Source: Gemmatimonadales bacterium (lineage in GTDB: Bacteria > Gemmatimonadota > Gemmatimonadetes > Gemmatimonadales > GWC2-71-9). Taken from it: a stretch of DNA of 60,054 bases. The notes below the pieces were generated by a model. The model was not told where the DNA came from, did not search any database, and saw nothing but the letters and a program-made list of their open reading frames with translations. The translations under genes and the position numbers were made by a program. This document shows positions 1 to 11,087 of the stretch, piece by piece (position 1 is the stretch's first letter; each line of letters begins with the position of its first letter). The stretch lies in the NCBI GenBank assembly GCA_046262715.1, contig JBHEMG010000129.1:1-60054 (forward strand). Reading direction: 5' to 3'.

Positions 1-7
1 CGGCATC

Positions 8-2233
8 GTGCATCAGGTGAACCTCGAATACCTGGCCCGTGTCGTGTTCACGACCGACGGTCCGCCGCAGGCCTACCCCGATACACTCGTCGGCACCGAC
101 TCTCACACCACGATGATCAACGGGCTCGGTGTGCTCGGCTGGGGCGTGGGCGGCATCGAGGCCGAAGCCGCCATGCTGGGACAGTCGGTCTCAATGCTCA
201 TTCCGCAGGTGGTCGGATTCCGGTTGAGCGGCCGATTGACCGAGGGCGCGACGGCGACTGACCTCGTGCTCACCGTTACGCAGATGCTGCGCGCCAAAGG
301 CGTCGTGGGGAAGTTCGTCGAGTTCTTCGGTCCCGGCGTCTCAACCTTGCCCCTCGCCGACCGCGCCACGATCGGCAACATGGCGCCGGAGTACGGGGCG
401 ACGATTGGCATCTTCCCGGTCGATCAGGAAACGCTGCGGTATCTCGAGTTCACGGGCAGGCCGGCCGAGCAGGTGCAGCTCGTCGAGGCCTATACAAAGG
501 AACAGGGCCTGTTTCACACGCCCGATGCTCCCGAGCCCGTCTACAGCGACACGCTCGAGCTGAACCTCGCGACCGTGGAGCCGAGTATGGCTGGGCCGCG
601 GCGGCCACAGGATCGGGTGGGATTGCGTGAGGTACCCCGCAAGTTTGCCGAGGCACTGCCCACGCTCATCAAGCCGTCGACCCCACCGGCCGTCGTCGCG
701 GCGGTCTCCGCCGGTCAAAAGACCGTCGAACGGTGGGAGGGAGAGGGCGGACAGGCCGGCCTGGTGGCACCACGACCGTCGCACGCGAAGCTGCGCATCG
801 ACAACATCGAGCACGTGCTCGGACACGGCTCCGTGGTGATTGCCGCGATCACGAGCTGCACCAACACATCGAATCCGTCCGTCATGGTGGCGGCCGGTCT
901 CATGGCGAAGAAAGCCGTCGAGCGGGGCCTGCGCACCAAGCCGTGGGTCAAGACCAGCCTCGCGCCCGGCTCTAAAGTCGTCACCGATTATCTCGAGCAG
1001 GCGGGGTTGATGCAGCCGCTCGGAGCGCTGCGTTTCCACCTGGTAGGGTACGGCTGCACGACATGCATCGGCAATTCCGGACCACTGCCCGAAGTGGTAT
1101 CCAACGCGGTGGCCGAGTACGAGCTGGTGGTGTGCTCGGTCTTGTCCGGCAACCGCAACTTCGAGGGGCGAATCCAGCAGGAAGTGCGCGCGAATTACCT
1201 CGCGTCGCCACCGCTCGTCGTCGCCTACGCGCTCGCGGGTCGCATCGACATCGATTTCCACAACGAGCCGCTCGGCGTAGGCAAAGACGGGCCCGTGTTC
1301 CTCCGCGACATCTGGCCGTCCAGCACCGAAGTCGCCGACGTCATCGCGCGCTCGATTCAGTCATCGATGTTCCGCAAGAGCTACGCGCAGGTTTTTCAGG
1401 GGGACGAGCGCTGGCGCGGCTTACCGGTCCCCGAGGGCGACCGTTTTTCGTGGGAGCCCAGCTCCACCTACATCCGGCGGGCGCCCTATTTCGACGGCAT
1501 GACGGCCCAGCCTGCGCCGGTGCGCGACATTCGCGGCGCGCGTGTGCTGTGCCTGCTGACGGACAGCATCACCACCGATCACATCTCACCGGCCGGCTCG
1601 ATCCGCAAGACGAGCCCCGCGGGCCAGTATCTGGTGGCACACGGCGTCGCGCCGCTCGATTTCAATTCATACGGCGCGCGGCGCGGCAATCATGAGCTGA
1701 TGGTGCGCGGCACGTTCGCCAACGTCCGCCTCAAGAATTTGCTCGCGCCCGGCACCGAAGGACCGTTTACGGTCCACCTGCCGAGCGGCGAAGCGATGAC
1801 GATTTTCGACGCATCGCTCAAGTACGCCGCCGAAGGAATTCCGCTGGTCGTGCTGGCCGGCAAGGAATACGGTTCCGGCTCCTCGCGCGACTGGGCCGCC
1901 AAGGGCCCGCGGCTGCTCGGCGTCCGGGCGGTGATCGCGGAAAGCTTCGAGCGCATTCATCGCTCCAACCTGGTGGGCATGGGGATCCTGCCGCTGCAAT
2001 TCACGCCGGGGGAGAACCCCGTTTCGCTGGGACTCACGGGGAGAGAGCGCTTCGACATCGTCGGCCTGGCCGACATGGCCAAGGAATTGACGGTCACGGC
2101 CACCGCGGATGACGGCAAAGTCACGGGCTTCAAGGCGTTGGTCCGGATCGACACACCGCAGGAGCTGCAGTACTACAAGCACGGCGGGATTCTGGAGTAC
2201 GTGCTGCGCCAGCTCGCGTCCAATCACGTTTAG
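8..2233 (+). CDS. acnA: Aconitate hydratase A (5'-truncated by window edge)
   Basis: [46 protein letters not shown] motifs. Confidence 0.97.
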   Translation: MHQVNLEYLARVVFTTDGPPQAYPDTLVGTDSHTTMINGLGVLGWGVGGIEAEAAMLGQSVSMLIPQVVGFRLSGRLTEGATATDLVLTVTQMLRAKGVVGKFVEFFGPGVSTLPLADRATIGNMAPEYGATIGIFPVDQETLRYLEFTGRPAEQVQLVEAYTKEQGLFHTPDAPEPVYSDTLELNLATVEPSMAGPRRPQDRVGLREVPRKFAEALPTLIKPSTPPAVVAAVSAGQKTVERWEGEGGQAGLVAPRPSHAKLRIDNIEHVLGHGSVVIAAITSCTNTSNPSVMVAAGLMAKKAVERGLRTKPWVKTSLAPGSKVVTDYLEQAGLMQPLGALRFHLVGYGCTTCIGNSGPLPEVVSNAVAEYELVVCSVLSGNRNFEGRIQQEVRANYLASPPLVVAYALAGRIDIDFHNEPLGVGKDGPVFLRDIWPSSTEVADVIARSIQSSMFRKSYAQVFQGDERWRGLPVPEGDRFSWEPSSTYIRRAPYFDGMTAQPAPVRDIRGARVLCLLTDSITTDHISPAGSIRKTSPAGQYLVAHGVAPLDFNSYGARRGNHELMVRGTFANVRLKNLLAPGTEGPFTVHLPSGEAMTIFDASLKYAAEGIPLVVLAGKEYGSGSSRDWAAKGPRLLGVRAVIAESFERIHRSNLVGMGILPLQFTPGENPVSLGLTGRERFDIVGLADMAKELTVTATADDGKVTGFKALVRIDTPQELQYYKHGGILEYVLRQLASNHV

Positions 2234-2375
2234 AAGGCGGCGGCGCCGACCTCTTTGCCGTCGCGAAAAGCGATCAATGTAGGGATTCCCCGTAATCCGA
2301 AGCGTGGGGTCGCGGTGTTCCGATCGGTACCGAGCTTCACCACGAGGAGCCTCGGCGAGGGGTAGCGCACCGCCT
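2230..2375 (-). pseudogene. Thioredoxin C-terminal remnant
   Basis: Reads RLLVVKLGTDRNTATPRFGLRGIPTLIAFRDGKEV, the thioredoxin cis-Pro region; no WCxxC and no plausible start. Confidence 0.65.
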
Positions 2376-2404
2376 GTAACGCCGGGTTAACTTCCGACGC
2401 CCGG

Positions 2405-3055
2405 ATGACTGTTCGAACCATCGAAGTGCGCGAGCGGGTCCTTGCCCGCAATGATGAGATTGCCGCTCGCGTCCGGGCGCGATTGACGGCCGCGGGCGTG
2501 CCCACCTTCAACCTCGTGTCCTCTCCGGGCTCCGGGAAAACACTGTTGCTCGAGCGAACGCTGGCCGATCTCGGAGCCGAGCTGCGCATAGCGGTGGTCA
2601 CCGGCGACGTACAGACGCAAAACGACGCGGACCGCCTGGCCCGGCATACCGACTTTTTGGTCCAGGCGGTCGTCACCAACGGCGCGTGCCACCTCGACGC
2701 TCGGCAGGTGGAGGCGGCACTCGACGCCATCGACCTCGCCGCGACCGACATCCTGTTCATCGAGAACGTCGGCAACCTGGTGTGCCCCGCGGCCTGGGAT
2801 TTGGGCGAGGATGCGAAGATCGTCCTCTTCTCGGTAACCGAGGGCGAAGACAAACCATCCAAGTATCCCGGCATGTTTCGTATGGCGCGTTGGATCGTGT
2901 TCACCAAGATGGATCTGCTGCCTCATGTCCCATTCAGCCTGGAGCGCGCCACGACGCTAGCGCGCGCGGTGAACCCCACCCTCGAGTTCCTGGAGACGTC
3001 CGCACTGCAGGACGGCGGATTATCGCAATGGTACAGCTTCCTCCGTCGGCAGTAA
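2405..3055 (+). CDS. hypB: Hydrogenase nickel incorporation GTPase
   Basis: SSPGSGKT, GACHLDA, ENVGNLVCPA, EGEDKP. Confidence 0.96.
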   Translation: MTVRTIEVRERVLARNDEIAARVRARLTAAGVPTFNLVSSPGSGKTLLLERTLADLGAELRIAVVTGDVQTQNDADRLARHTDFLVQAVVTNGACHLDARQVEAALDAIDLAATDILFIENVGNLVCPAAWDLGEDAKIVLFSVTEGEDKPSKYPGMFRMARWIVFTKMDLLPHVPFSLERATTLARAVNPTLEFLETSALQDGGLSQWYSFLRRQ

Positions 3056-5271
3056 GAGTCTCGGTGCGGGGCGTCGTCCAGGGCGTCGGCTTCCGGCCCT
3101 TCGTGCACCGGTTGGCGACGCGGCTCGAGTTGGCCGGTTGGGTCCGCAACGCGTCGGGCGACGTGCAGATCCAGGTCGAAGGAGCACCCGAGAGCATCGA
3201 TGCATTCGTCCGCGAGCTGCGCTCGGAGTCGCCGCCGCTGGCGCTGATCGACGACGTGCGCACGGAACGCTGCAGTCCGTCCGACTTTGAGACGTTCACG
3301 ATTCTCGAGAGTCATGTCGATGCGCGCCGCCAGCCGGTCGCTCCCGACGCGGCGCTGTGTGTCTCGTGCGAAGCGGAGCTGTTCGACCCCGCCAGCGGCC
3401 GCCATCGCTATCCATTCATCACGTGCACCGATTGCGGACCGCGATTCACCGTCATCGCGGCCATGCCGTATGACCGTGAACGGACCAGCATGCGGGCATT
3501 CACCCAATGCGCCGCATGCCGCCATGAGTACGAGACGCCGGGTGACCGCCGCTACCGCTCGGAGACCAATAGCTGCTCCGCGTGCGGACCGAAGCTCTGG
3601 CTCGAGCCTGGCGGCGACCAGCCTCCGCTCGACCACGCGGCGGAGCTCCTGCTGGCCGGACAGATCGTGGCGATTCGGGGGCTGGGCGGATTTCACCTCG
3701 CCGTCGATGCGACGAACGAGCCGGCAGTCGCCCGGCTGCGCGCCCGCAAGCAGCGCGACGCGAAACCGTTCGCGGTCATGGTGCGCACGCTCGCGGAGGC
3801 GCGCGCCATCGCGAGCGTGCGTGACGACGAGGAGGTGCTGCTCACGTCACGGGAGCGTCCGATCGTGCTGCTGCGCCAACGCGCCGGCGCGGTAACGCAA
3901 TCCGTCGCGCCCGGCCTGGACCGGATCGGTATCATGCTCGCGTACACGCCGGTACATCACCTGCTCTGCGACCTGGTGCGGCGCCCCCTCGTCATGACGA
4001 GCGGCAATCGCAGCGAGGAGCCTATCGCGATTGACAACGACGAGGCCCGAGCGCGCCTCGGCTCGATCGCGGATGGCTTTCTGCTCCACGATCGCGACAT
4101 CGTGGCGCGCTACGATGATTCCGTGGTGCGGGTCGCGGGGACGACGCACCTGTTCTTGCGGCGCGCGCGCGGCTACGCGCCTCTCCCGCTGCAGCTGCCG
4201 GTGGCCACCCCGAACGGCATCCTGGCCGTGGGCCCGCATCTCAAGAACACGTTTACCCTTGCCCACGGAACGGACGCATATGTGAGCCAGCACATCGGGG
4301 ATCTCGAAAACCTCGAGACGTTGGAGCACTGGCGCAGGACGCTCGATGCCTATCGCCGCCTGTTTCACATCGAGCCGCAGACCGGCGTGCGGGACCTCCA
4401 CCCCGGCTACCTGTCCACCCGTTTGGTCCAGGAGCTCGGATTCGAGCAGGTCGTCGCCGTGCAGCATCATCACGCCCACATCGCCGCGGTCCTTGCGGAG
4501 CACGGAGTTACCGCGCCCGTGATCGGCATCGCGTTCGACGGCACGGGCTATGGCGACGATGGCAATGTGTGGGGCGCAGAATTCTTCGTGGCTGACTTGA
4601 CGACATATCGGCGAGTCGGCCAGCTACAGTACGCGCGGCTGCCGGGCGGCGACCTGGCCGCGCGCGAGCCGTGGCGTGCGGCGCTGGGGATCGCCGGGGT
4701 CGAGCCGGGTCCGGGCTCCGTCCAGCCCGAGGAAGTCCGCATCGCGCAGCATCAGATCGCGCGCGCGCTGAACGCGCCTTTGGTCTCCTCGATGGGGCGA
4801 CTCTTTGACGCCGCCGCCGCGGTGCTCGGCGTCCGTCTGGTGAACCAGTACGAAGGGCAGGCCGCGATGCAGCTCGAAGCGCTGGCGGGGGAGCTCCCGG
4901 CACGCCCGCTGCCTTTCCCCGCCGCGCGCACGTCCGCTATCTGGGTACTGGACGCCAGGACGTTGCTCCTGGCGCTCGCCGATGAGCGCGCTCGGGGTGT
5001 CGGGATTCCCGAGCTCGCGGCCGCGTTCCACGAAAGTATCGCCGCGGCGACCGCTGATCTGGCAGGCCGACTCTCGGCCGAAACGGGGCTCGGGATGGTG
5101 GCGTTGGGGGGTGGCTGTTTCCAGAACGCCCGCCTGCTCTGCTCAGTCACGACGCGGCTCGAGGCGCGCGGGCTGCGCGTGCTCGTCCCCCGCCGGCTGA
5201 GCCCGAATGACGGGGCCGTGAGTTACGGCCAGGCCGCGGTCGCGGCGATCCGCCTGCAAGGAGCGGCCTGA
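3028..5271 (+). CDS. hypF: Carbamoyltransferase HypF
   Basis: Acylphosphatase GVVQGVGFRPFV, zinc-finger Cys motifs, QHHHAH, DGTGYG; ATG 3028 chosen over the longer ORF start. Confidence 0.96.
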   Translation: MVQLPPSAVRVSVRGVVQGVGFRPFVHRLATRLELAGWVRNASGDVQIQVEGAPESIDAFVRELRSESPPLALIDDVRTERCSPSDFETFTILESHVDARRQPVAPDAALCVSCEAELFDPASGRHRYPFITCTDCGPRFTVIAAMPYDRERTSMRAFTQCAACRHEYETPGDRRYRSETNSCSACGPKLWLEPGGDQPPLDHAAELLLAGQIVAIRGLGGFHLAVDATNEPAVARLRARKQRDAKPFAVMVRTLAEARAIASVRDDEEVLLTSRERPIVLLRQRAGAVTQSVAPGLDRIGIMLAYTPVHHLLCDLVRRPLVMTSGNRSEEPIAIDNDEARARLGSIADGFLLHDRDIVARYDDSVVRVAGTTHLFLRRARGYAPLPLQLPVATPNGILAVGPHLKNTFTLAHGTDAYVSQHIGDLENLETLEHWRRTLDAYRRLFHIEPQTGVRDLHPGYLSTRLVQELGFEQVVAVQHHHAHIAAVLAEHGVTAPVIGIAFDGTGYGDDGNVWGAEFFVADLTTYRRVGQLQYARLPGGDLAAREPWRAALGIAGVEPGPGSVQPEEVRIAQHQIARALNAPLVSSMGRLFDAAAAVLGVRLVNQYEGQAAMQLEALAGELPARPLPFPAARTSAIWVLDARTLLLALADERARGVGIPELAAAFHESIAAATADLAGRLSAETGLGMVALGGGCFQNARLLCSVTTRLEARGLRVLVPRRLSPNDGAVSYGQAAVAAIRLQGAA

Positions 5272-5534
5272 TGTGCCTCGCCATTCCGGGCCGCGTCGTC
5301 GAGCTGCGGGAGGTGCAGGGGCTGCCGATGGGGCTCGTGGACTTCGGGGGCGTACGCCGCGAGGTCTGTCTGTCCTACGTCGCCGACCAGATCCAGGTCG
5401 GCGACTACGCCCTGGTGCACGTGGGATTTGCGATAACCAAAGTGGATGAGGAAGAGGCGCGGCGCCCCTGGGAGGTGCTCCGCGCGATGAGCCAGCTGGA
5501 TGATCTCGACCAAATGAAGGAGCCCGCACCATGA
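5271..5534 (+). CDS. hypC: Hydrogenase assembly chaperone
   Basis: [15 protein letters not shown]. Confidence 0.97.
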   Translation: MCLAIPGRVVELREVQGLPMGLVDFGGVRREVCLSYVADQIQVGDYALVHVGFAITKVDEEEARRPWEVLRAMSQLDDLDQMKEPAP

Positions 5535-6634
5535 AATACCTCAGCGAGTATCGAGACCCAACGGTGGCGCGCGGGCTCGTCGCCGAGATCAAGCGGACTG
5601 CGACCCGGCGCTGGGTGCTGATGGAGGTGTGCGGCGGCCAGACCCATACGATCGTAAAACAGGGCCTGGACGAGCTGCTCGGCACTGTCGTAGAGATGGT
5701 GCACGGACCGGGGTGCCCCGTGTGCGTGACACCGCTCGAGCAGATCGACAAAGCGCTGGCACTCGCTGCCCGGCGGGACGTGATCTTCACGTCGTTCGGC
5801 GACATGCTGCGTGTGCCCGGCAGCGACTGCGATCTGCTGCAGGTCCGCGCGCGCGGCGGCGCGGTGCGGATCGTCTATTCGCCGCTCGATGCGGTCGACC
5901 TCGCGCGCAAACACCCCGACAAGGAAGTCGTGTTTTTCGCCGTCGGCTTCGAAACGACCGCCCCTGCGAATGCTATGGCCGTGTGGCGCGCCAAGGAGCT
6001 CGGCGTCAAAAACTTCAGCGTGCTCGTGTCACACGTGACGGTGCCGCCTGCCATGGTGGCGTTGCTCGACGCGCCGGATAACCGCGTGCAGGGGTTTCTG
6101 GCGGCCGGGCACGTTTGCACGGTCATGGGATGGACCGAGTACGAGCCGATCGCGGCGAAGTATCGCGTACCGATCATCGTTACTGGCTTCGAGCCGCTCG
6201 ACATCCTCGAAGGCATGCTGCTCGCCGTGCGCCAGCTGGAGGAGGGCCGGTACGAAGTCGAAAATCAGTACGTCCGGTCGGTGCGGCGCGACGGCAACCA
6301 GTCGGCGCAGGATCTCGTTGCGCGCGTGTTCGAGCTGGTGGACCGGAACTGGCGCGGCATCGGCCCGATTCCTCGCAGCGGCCTCGGGGTGCGGGAAGAG
6401 TTCGCCGAGCACGACGCCGAGCGCCGCTTCGCGCTCGGGGGCATCCGGACCGAGGAGCCGGCGATGTGCCGGGCCGGCGATGTGCTGCGCGGCGTGTTGA
6501 AGCCGTTTGATTGCCCGGCATTCGGAACCGTGTGCACGCCGGAGCGACCACTCGGTGCACCGATGGTCTCGTCGGAAGGCGCGTGCGCCGCGTACTACAA
6601 TTACGGCCGCTTCCGCAGTGGGAGCGCGGTATGA
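5531..6634 (+). CDS. hypD: Hydrogenase formation protein
   Basis: [36 protein letters not shown]. Confidence 0.97.
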   Translation: MKYLSEYRDPTVARGLVAEIKRTATRRWVLMEVCGGQTHTIVKQGLDELLGTVVEMVHGPGCPVCVTPLEQIDKALALAARRDVIFTSFGDMLRVPGSDCDLLQVRARGGAVRIVYSPLDAVDLARKHPDKEVVFFAVGFETTAPANAMAVWRAKELGVKNFSVLVSHVTVPPAMVALLDAPDNRVQGFLAAGHVCTVMGWTEYEPIAAKYRVPIIVTGFEPLDILEGMLLAVRQLEEGRYEVENQYVRSVRRDGNQSAQDLVARVFELVDRNWRGIGPIPRSGLGVREEFAEHDAERRFALGGIRTEEPAMCRAGDVLRGVLKPFDCPAFGTVCTPERPLGAPMVSSEGACAAYYNYGRFRSGSAV

Positions 6635-7671
6635 CGATCGTCTGCCCGGTGCCCGCGGCGGCGACGGAGCGTATTCAGCTCGGGCACGGCTCCGGGGGGA
6701 AGATGAGCGCCGCCCTGCTGCGCGATCGCTTTCTGCCGCATTTCTCCAACGCCATCCTCAACCCGCTCGGCGACGCCGCGATCGTGGACGTCGGCGGCCA
6801 AACCGTCGCGATCTCCACCGACACGTTCGTCGTCCAACCGCTCGAGTTCCCGGGCGGCAATATCGGCTCACTCGCGGTGCACGGCACGGTGAACGATCTC
6901 GCGATGATGGGCGCGCGGCCCGAGTGGCTAGCCGCCGGTTTCGTGCTCGAGGAAGGGCTGCCGTTTGACGTCTTGGACCGCATCGTGTCCGCGATGGCGA
7001 CAGCGGCGCGCGCCGCCGGCGTGCTGGTCGTCACCGGCGATACGAAGGTCGTGGAGCGTGGCAAGGCGGATGGGATCTTCATCAATACGACGGGAGTGGG
7101 CCGGCGCCCCCAGGGCTTTGCGCCGGCGGCGAGCCGCGCGCGGCCCGGTGATGCGGTGATCGTCAGCGGCCCGCTGGGGCAGCACGGAATCGCGATCATG
7201 GCGGCGCGGGAAGGCCTCGCGTTCGAAGCGGATGTCGTCAGTGACAGCGCGGCCCTCGCCCCCTTAGTCGAGCTGCTGCGCGAGCGCCTCGGCGACGCCG
7301 TCCACACGCTCCGCGATCCCACCCGAGGCGGGCTCGCCAGCGCGCTCAACGAAATCGCGGCCGCATCGCGGATCGGCATCCTGCTGGACGAGCCGTCACT
7401 GCCGATCCCTCCGACCGTCGCCGCCGCGTGCGAGATGCTGGGTTTCGATCCGCTCTATGTGGCCAATGAAGGCGTGCTCGTCACGTTCGTGCCGGAATCC
7501 CTCGCCGACACCGCCGTTGCCGTGTTACGCGGACATCCCCTGGGCCGCGCCGCGGCGCGCATCGGCCGGGCGGTAGCCGCGCACCCCGGCCTGGTCGCGT
7601 TGGAGACAGCCATTGGCGGGACGCGGGTGGTGGATATGCTTCCCGGCGACCAACTCCCGCGGATCTGCTGA
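6631..7671 (+). CDS. hypE: Carbamoyl dehydratase
   Basis: HGSGG, GDTKVV, RDPTRGG, C-terminal LPRIC; ATGA overlap with hypD. Confidence 0.97.
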   Translation: MTIVCPVPAAATERIQLGHGSGGKMSAALLRDRFLPHFSNAILNPLGDAAIVDVGGQTVAISTDTFVVQPLEFPGGNIGSLAVHGTVNDLAMMGARPEWLAAGFVLEEGLPFDVLDRIVSAMATAARAAGVLVVTGDTKVVERGKADGIFINTTGVGRRPQGFAPAASRARPGDAVIVSGPLGQHGIAIMAAREGLAFEADVVSDSAALAPLVELLRERLGDAVHTLRDPTRGGLASALNEIAAASRIGILLDEPSLPIPPTVAAACEMLGFDPLYVANEGVLVTFVPESLADTAVAVLRGHPLGRAAARIGRAVAAHPGLVALETAIGGTRVVDMLPGDQLPRIC

Positions 7672-7673
7672 CC

Positions 7674-8063
7674 ATGCTTCGCTCCGTACTCCTGGTCGAT
7701 GACGACGACGACATGCGCACGGCCCTCAGACACTTTCTCGCCGATGAGGGATTCCACGTGCACACGGCGCGGAACGGTTTGGAGGCACTTACCCGGCTAA
7801 AAGAAATCGACCCGCCCGGTCTCATCCTGCTGGATCTGATGATGCCGATCATGGATGGCAGGCAGTTTCTCGCCGAGCGAGGTCAGGACGACCGCCTGTT
7901 GCGCATCCCGGTCGTGGTCGTGTCGGCGTGGACGCGTGAGTGGAAGAACGAGACGGCTGGGGTGGAAGACGTCATGACGAAGCCCGTGAACCCTGAGGCC
8001 CTGCTACAGCTGGTCGAGCGGTATTGCGATCGGGACGGTCCCGGCGATCCTCAACGCCGCTAA
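7674..8063 (+). CDS. Single-domain response regulator
   Basis: LLVDDD, LLDLMMPIMDG, TKP. Confidence 0.9.
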   Translation: MLRSVLLVDDDDDMRTALRHFLADEGFHVHTARNGLEALTRLKEIDPPGLILLDLMMPIMDGRQFLAERGQDDRLLRIPVVVVSAWTREWKNETAGVEDVMTKPVNPEALLQLVERYCDRDGPGDPQRR

Positions 8064-9733
8064 CGCGCCGGTGGGTGAACAGGCAGCCGCACGCGAAACA
8101 CCGATCCCCGTCCCAGCTCGCTTTCGACCTCGATCGTTCCGCCTTGTGCTTCGATAATCTGGCGGCTGACGTACAATCCGAGACCCAGTCCCCCGTAGTG
8201 GCGCGCCGACACACCCCGTTCGAACCGCTCGAAGATGAAGGGAATGCGCTCGCGCGGGATGCCGGCACCCGAATCCCGCACCGTCAGGACGACCATGCCG
8301 TCTGCCGATGCGAGGCTGATTTCGATCGGCTTGGTCTCGCAGAATTTGATCGCGTTCGACAGCAGATTCGTGACGACTTGCTCGAACCGCAGCTGATCCC
8401 ACATCCCCACGAGTGACGGCGGCGTCTCGACGCGCAGCGCGCACCCGACGCGTGTCGCCGACTCGGTGAACCGCGCAGCGACGTCGCGCACGCATTGCGC
8501 CAAGTCGATCTCTATGGGGTGTATCTCGAGCTGCCCGACGCGAATACGCGTCACATCGAGCAGTCGATCGACCAGCGCACTCAAGCGATCGAACTGCTGG
8601 ATCATTTGCACGACTTTCTTCTGAAAGGGCTCGAGCGCCGGTTCCGTGGTCATCCGCTGGAGACCGTAGAGCGCCAGCAGAATGGCGGAGATGGGCGTGC
8701 GCAGCTCATGGGCCGCGACGGACAGAAACTCTTCCCGTGTGGCGATGGCATCCTGCGCGAGTTGATACAGCCGCGCGTTCTCGATCGCCGTGCTGCAGCG
8801 GCGCGCGAGCTCCATCAACCGTTCGACATCGCTCTGCTCGAAGTGCCGGCCCGACTCCGCCATCGCGAGCGTGATCGCCCCATATGTTTCGCCGCGAATC
8901 GCTATCGGCAGGCAGAGCCACGAGACGAGCCCGAGCTGCTCCAACATCAGGCGGTTTTCGTCATTCGCCGCAAGCTCTCGCAACACCCCGGGTGTCACGT
9001 TGGAAACGACATCAGGGAGACCGGTGCGGATCACGTGCGGGTAGCCATGTGGCCAATTCGCGTCTGGGGGGTAGCGCTTGAGCAACGTCCAAACCAGCTC
9101 CTCCTTACCATGCGCATGTGCGACCGAAACGGTCTCGTCGATCCCCTGCTTCACGTGCAGTGCTGCCCAATCGGCAACCCGCGGAACCATCAGACGTGCA
9201 AAGGTCTCCTGCGTCCGCTGCACATCGAGCGAGGCCATGAGCTCGGCGGTGGCATCGACGAGGAACCGGGTCCACTCCTGCTCCCGCGCCAGGATGGCAC
9301 GGGCGGCCTGCTCCCGGACCAGCTCTTCGTGCTCGCGCTGCGCCCGATGGCGGTACAGCGCGATTTGAATCGTCACCTGGAGCTCGCGGTCCGCGAACGG
9401 CTTGAGCAGATAGCCGGAGGGCTCGGTGACCTGCGCACGCTGCAGCGTCGCCTCGTCGGAGTAGGCGGTGAGGTACACGACAGGAAGGTTGAAGCGCGTG
9501 CGGATCTGCTCCGCGGCCTGCGTGCCGTCCATCGCGCCGCGCAGCTGAATATCCATCAACACAAGATCCGGCATCTCGCGCTCGGCGATCTGGACCGCGT
9601 CCTCACCGGTCGCCACGGTGCCCACGACCTGGTATCCCAGATGCTCGAGGCTGGAGCGCAGGTCCAGGGCGACGATGCTTTCGTCCTCGACCACGAGAAT
9701 CCTCGCCGCGGGTCCGGCTTGGACCGTCGTCAT
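8060..9733 (-). CDS. Hybrid REC-GAF-histidine kinase
   Basis: N-terminal REC (ILVVEDE, LMDIQL), GAF-like middle, AAHELRTP H-box, NLLSNAIKF, GLGLGL. Confidence 0.9.
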   Translation of the reverse strand: MTTVQAGPAARILVVEDESIVALDLRSSLEHLGYQVVGTVATGEDAVQIAEREMPDLVLMDIQLRGAMDGTQAAEQIRTRFNLPVVYLTAYSDEATLQRAQVTEPSGYLLKPFADRELQVTIQIALYRHRAQREHEELVREQAARAILAREQEWTRFLVDATAELMASLDVQRTQETFARLMVPRVADWAALHVKQGIDETVSVAHAHGKEELVWTLLKRYPPDANWPHGYPHVIRTGLPDVVSNVTPGVLRELAANDENRLMLEQLGLVSWLCLPIAIRGETYGAITLAMAESGRHFEQSDVERLMELARRCSTAIENARLYQLAQDAIATREEFLSVAAHELRTPISAILLALYGLQRMTTEPALEPFQKKVVQMIQQFDRLSALVDRLLDVTRIRVGQLEIHPIEIDLAQCVRDVAARFTESATRVGCALRVETPPSLVGMWDQLRFEQVVTNLLSNAIKFCETKPIEISLASADGMVVLTVRDSGAGIPRERIPFIFERFERGVSARHYGGLGLGLYVSRQIIEAQGGTIEVESELGRGSVFRVRLPVHPPAR

Positions 9734-10857
9734 GCGCCCCGCGGAAAGTTGATCACCGCCTCGGCACCGGAGCCGTCCCGCCCGGCGCGCCACTCCAGCC
9801 GGCCGCCAAGCTGCTCCGTCAGGGTGCGGACCAGTTGCAGACCGAGCGTCGTCTTACCGGCGGGCGGCGCGACGCTGCCCAAGCCGAGGCCGGTGTCCCG
9901 CACGCGCAGCTCGAACCGAATCCCTTTTGCCTCGAACTCGACCTCGACGGCGCCCGCGCGGTTGTTGGGGAACGCGTGTTTCAAGCTATTGCCGACCAGC
10001 TCGTTGATGATCAAGCCCAGCGGCATGGCCAGGTCTACGCCAAGCACGAGCTCAGGAATGCGGGTCTGGAAAGTGATGCGACCGGCATCGACGCTGTGCG
10101 CGCGGAACAGCTGCTCGAGCAACGTCTGGATGTAGTGGCCGAAATCCACGCGCGACAGATCCGCCGATCGGTACAGCATTTCGTGGACGAGCGCCATCGA
10201 GCGGATCCGATCCTGGCTGTCCTGCAGAATGTGGCGCGCCGCGGGATCGGTCACCGTGCCAAGCTGCAGTCGCAGCAGGCTCGAGGTGATCTGCAGATTG
10301 TTCTTCACCCGATGGTGGATTTCTTTGAGCAGCGTTTCCTTCTCGCGCAGTGCGGCACGCACGACTTCTTCGGCACGCTTGGTTTCGCTGATGTCGAACG
10401 CGACGCCCTGCAGCAATACGGGAAACCCACGCTCGTCGTTGATCAGCCGTGCCTCTCCGTGCACCCATACGACGCGGCCGTCGCGGGCAAGAAACCGGCA
10501 CTCCGCCCGGAAGGGACCGCCGGTGGCGCAGCCGCGCGCGAACTCCTGGTCGAGCTTGCGCCGGTCGTCGGGATGCAGCCGCTCGTACCACAGCACCGGG
10601 CTCGCGAGCCACTCCTCCTGGGTATAGCCGAGTAAGGCCTCGATTTGCGGGCCGATGTAGAGATCGTAGCCTCCGCCATCCAGGGACGCGGTAAAGACGA
10701 CCGCGGGGATTTGTTCTACGAGATTGCGGTAGCGAAGATCGGGATCGGCGGGACGGGACGCGGGGACGCCGGGGCGCCGGGCGGCCGTTTCGAACGCGGC
10801 CGCCAGAGTCGCCAATGCCGCGGACGCCACATCGCGCGATGGCGACTCGTCGATCAT
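9730..10857 (-). CDS. PAS sensor histidine kinase (HisKA_2/HWE-like)
   Basis: PAS (ERLHPDDR), EIHHRVKNNLQ, NELVGNSLKHAF, TLGLQLV. Confidence 0.9.
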   Translation of the reverse strand: MIDESPSRDVASAALATLAAAFETAARRPGVPASRPADPDLRYRNLVEQIPAVVFTASLDGGGYDLYIGPQIEALLGYTQEEWLASPVLWYERLHPDDRRKLDQEFARGCATGGPFRAECRFLARDGRVVWVHGEARLINDERGFPVLLQGVAFDISETKRAEEVVRAALREKETLLKEIHHRVKNNLQITSSLLRLQLGTVTDPAARHILQDSQDRIRSMALVHEMLYRSADLSRVDFGHYIQTLLEQLFRAHSVDAGRITFQTRIPELVLGVDLAMPLGLIINELVGNSLKHAFPNNRAGAVEVEFEAKGIRFELRVRDTGLGLGSVAPPAGKTTLGLQLVRTLTEQLGGRLEWRAGRDGSGAEAVINFPRGA

Positions 10858-11087
10858 GCCACCTCCACCGTACGAACGCGGAGCGCGTCGCCCGCCAGCT
10901 CGACGATCTCGAGCACGGCGCCTTCCACCGCCGTGCCCTCGGCGCACATGTCAAAGCAGAAGCGCACGGCATCCGGAAGCACCGCGGTCTCGCGCCCGAT
11001 CTCGAAGACCACCCGTCGAACCTTGGCCGCCGCCGCGTGTCGCGCGGCGATCTCGACGATTTCCGCCGTGATGCCCAGCTCATGCAC
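10854..11087 (-). CDS. hypA: HypA-like nickel metallochaperone lacking the zinc finger (77 aa)
   Basis: GTG start giving MHELGI; PDAVRFCF, EGTAVEGAVLEI; no CxxC pairs. Confidence 0.8.
   Translation of the reverse strand: MHELGITAEIVEIAARHAAAAKVRRVVFEIGRETAVLPDAVRFCFDMCAEGTAVEGAVLEIVELAGDALRVRTVEVA

Noticed and set aside
2231-2404. att direct repeat of the tRNA-Cys 3' end
   Set aside because: Only 6-7 nt GC-rich matches; no integrase in the window
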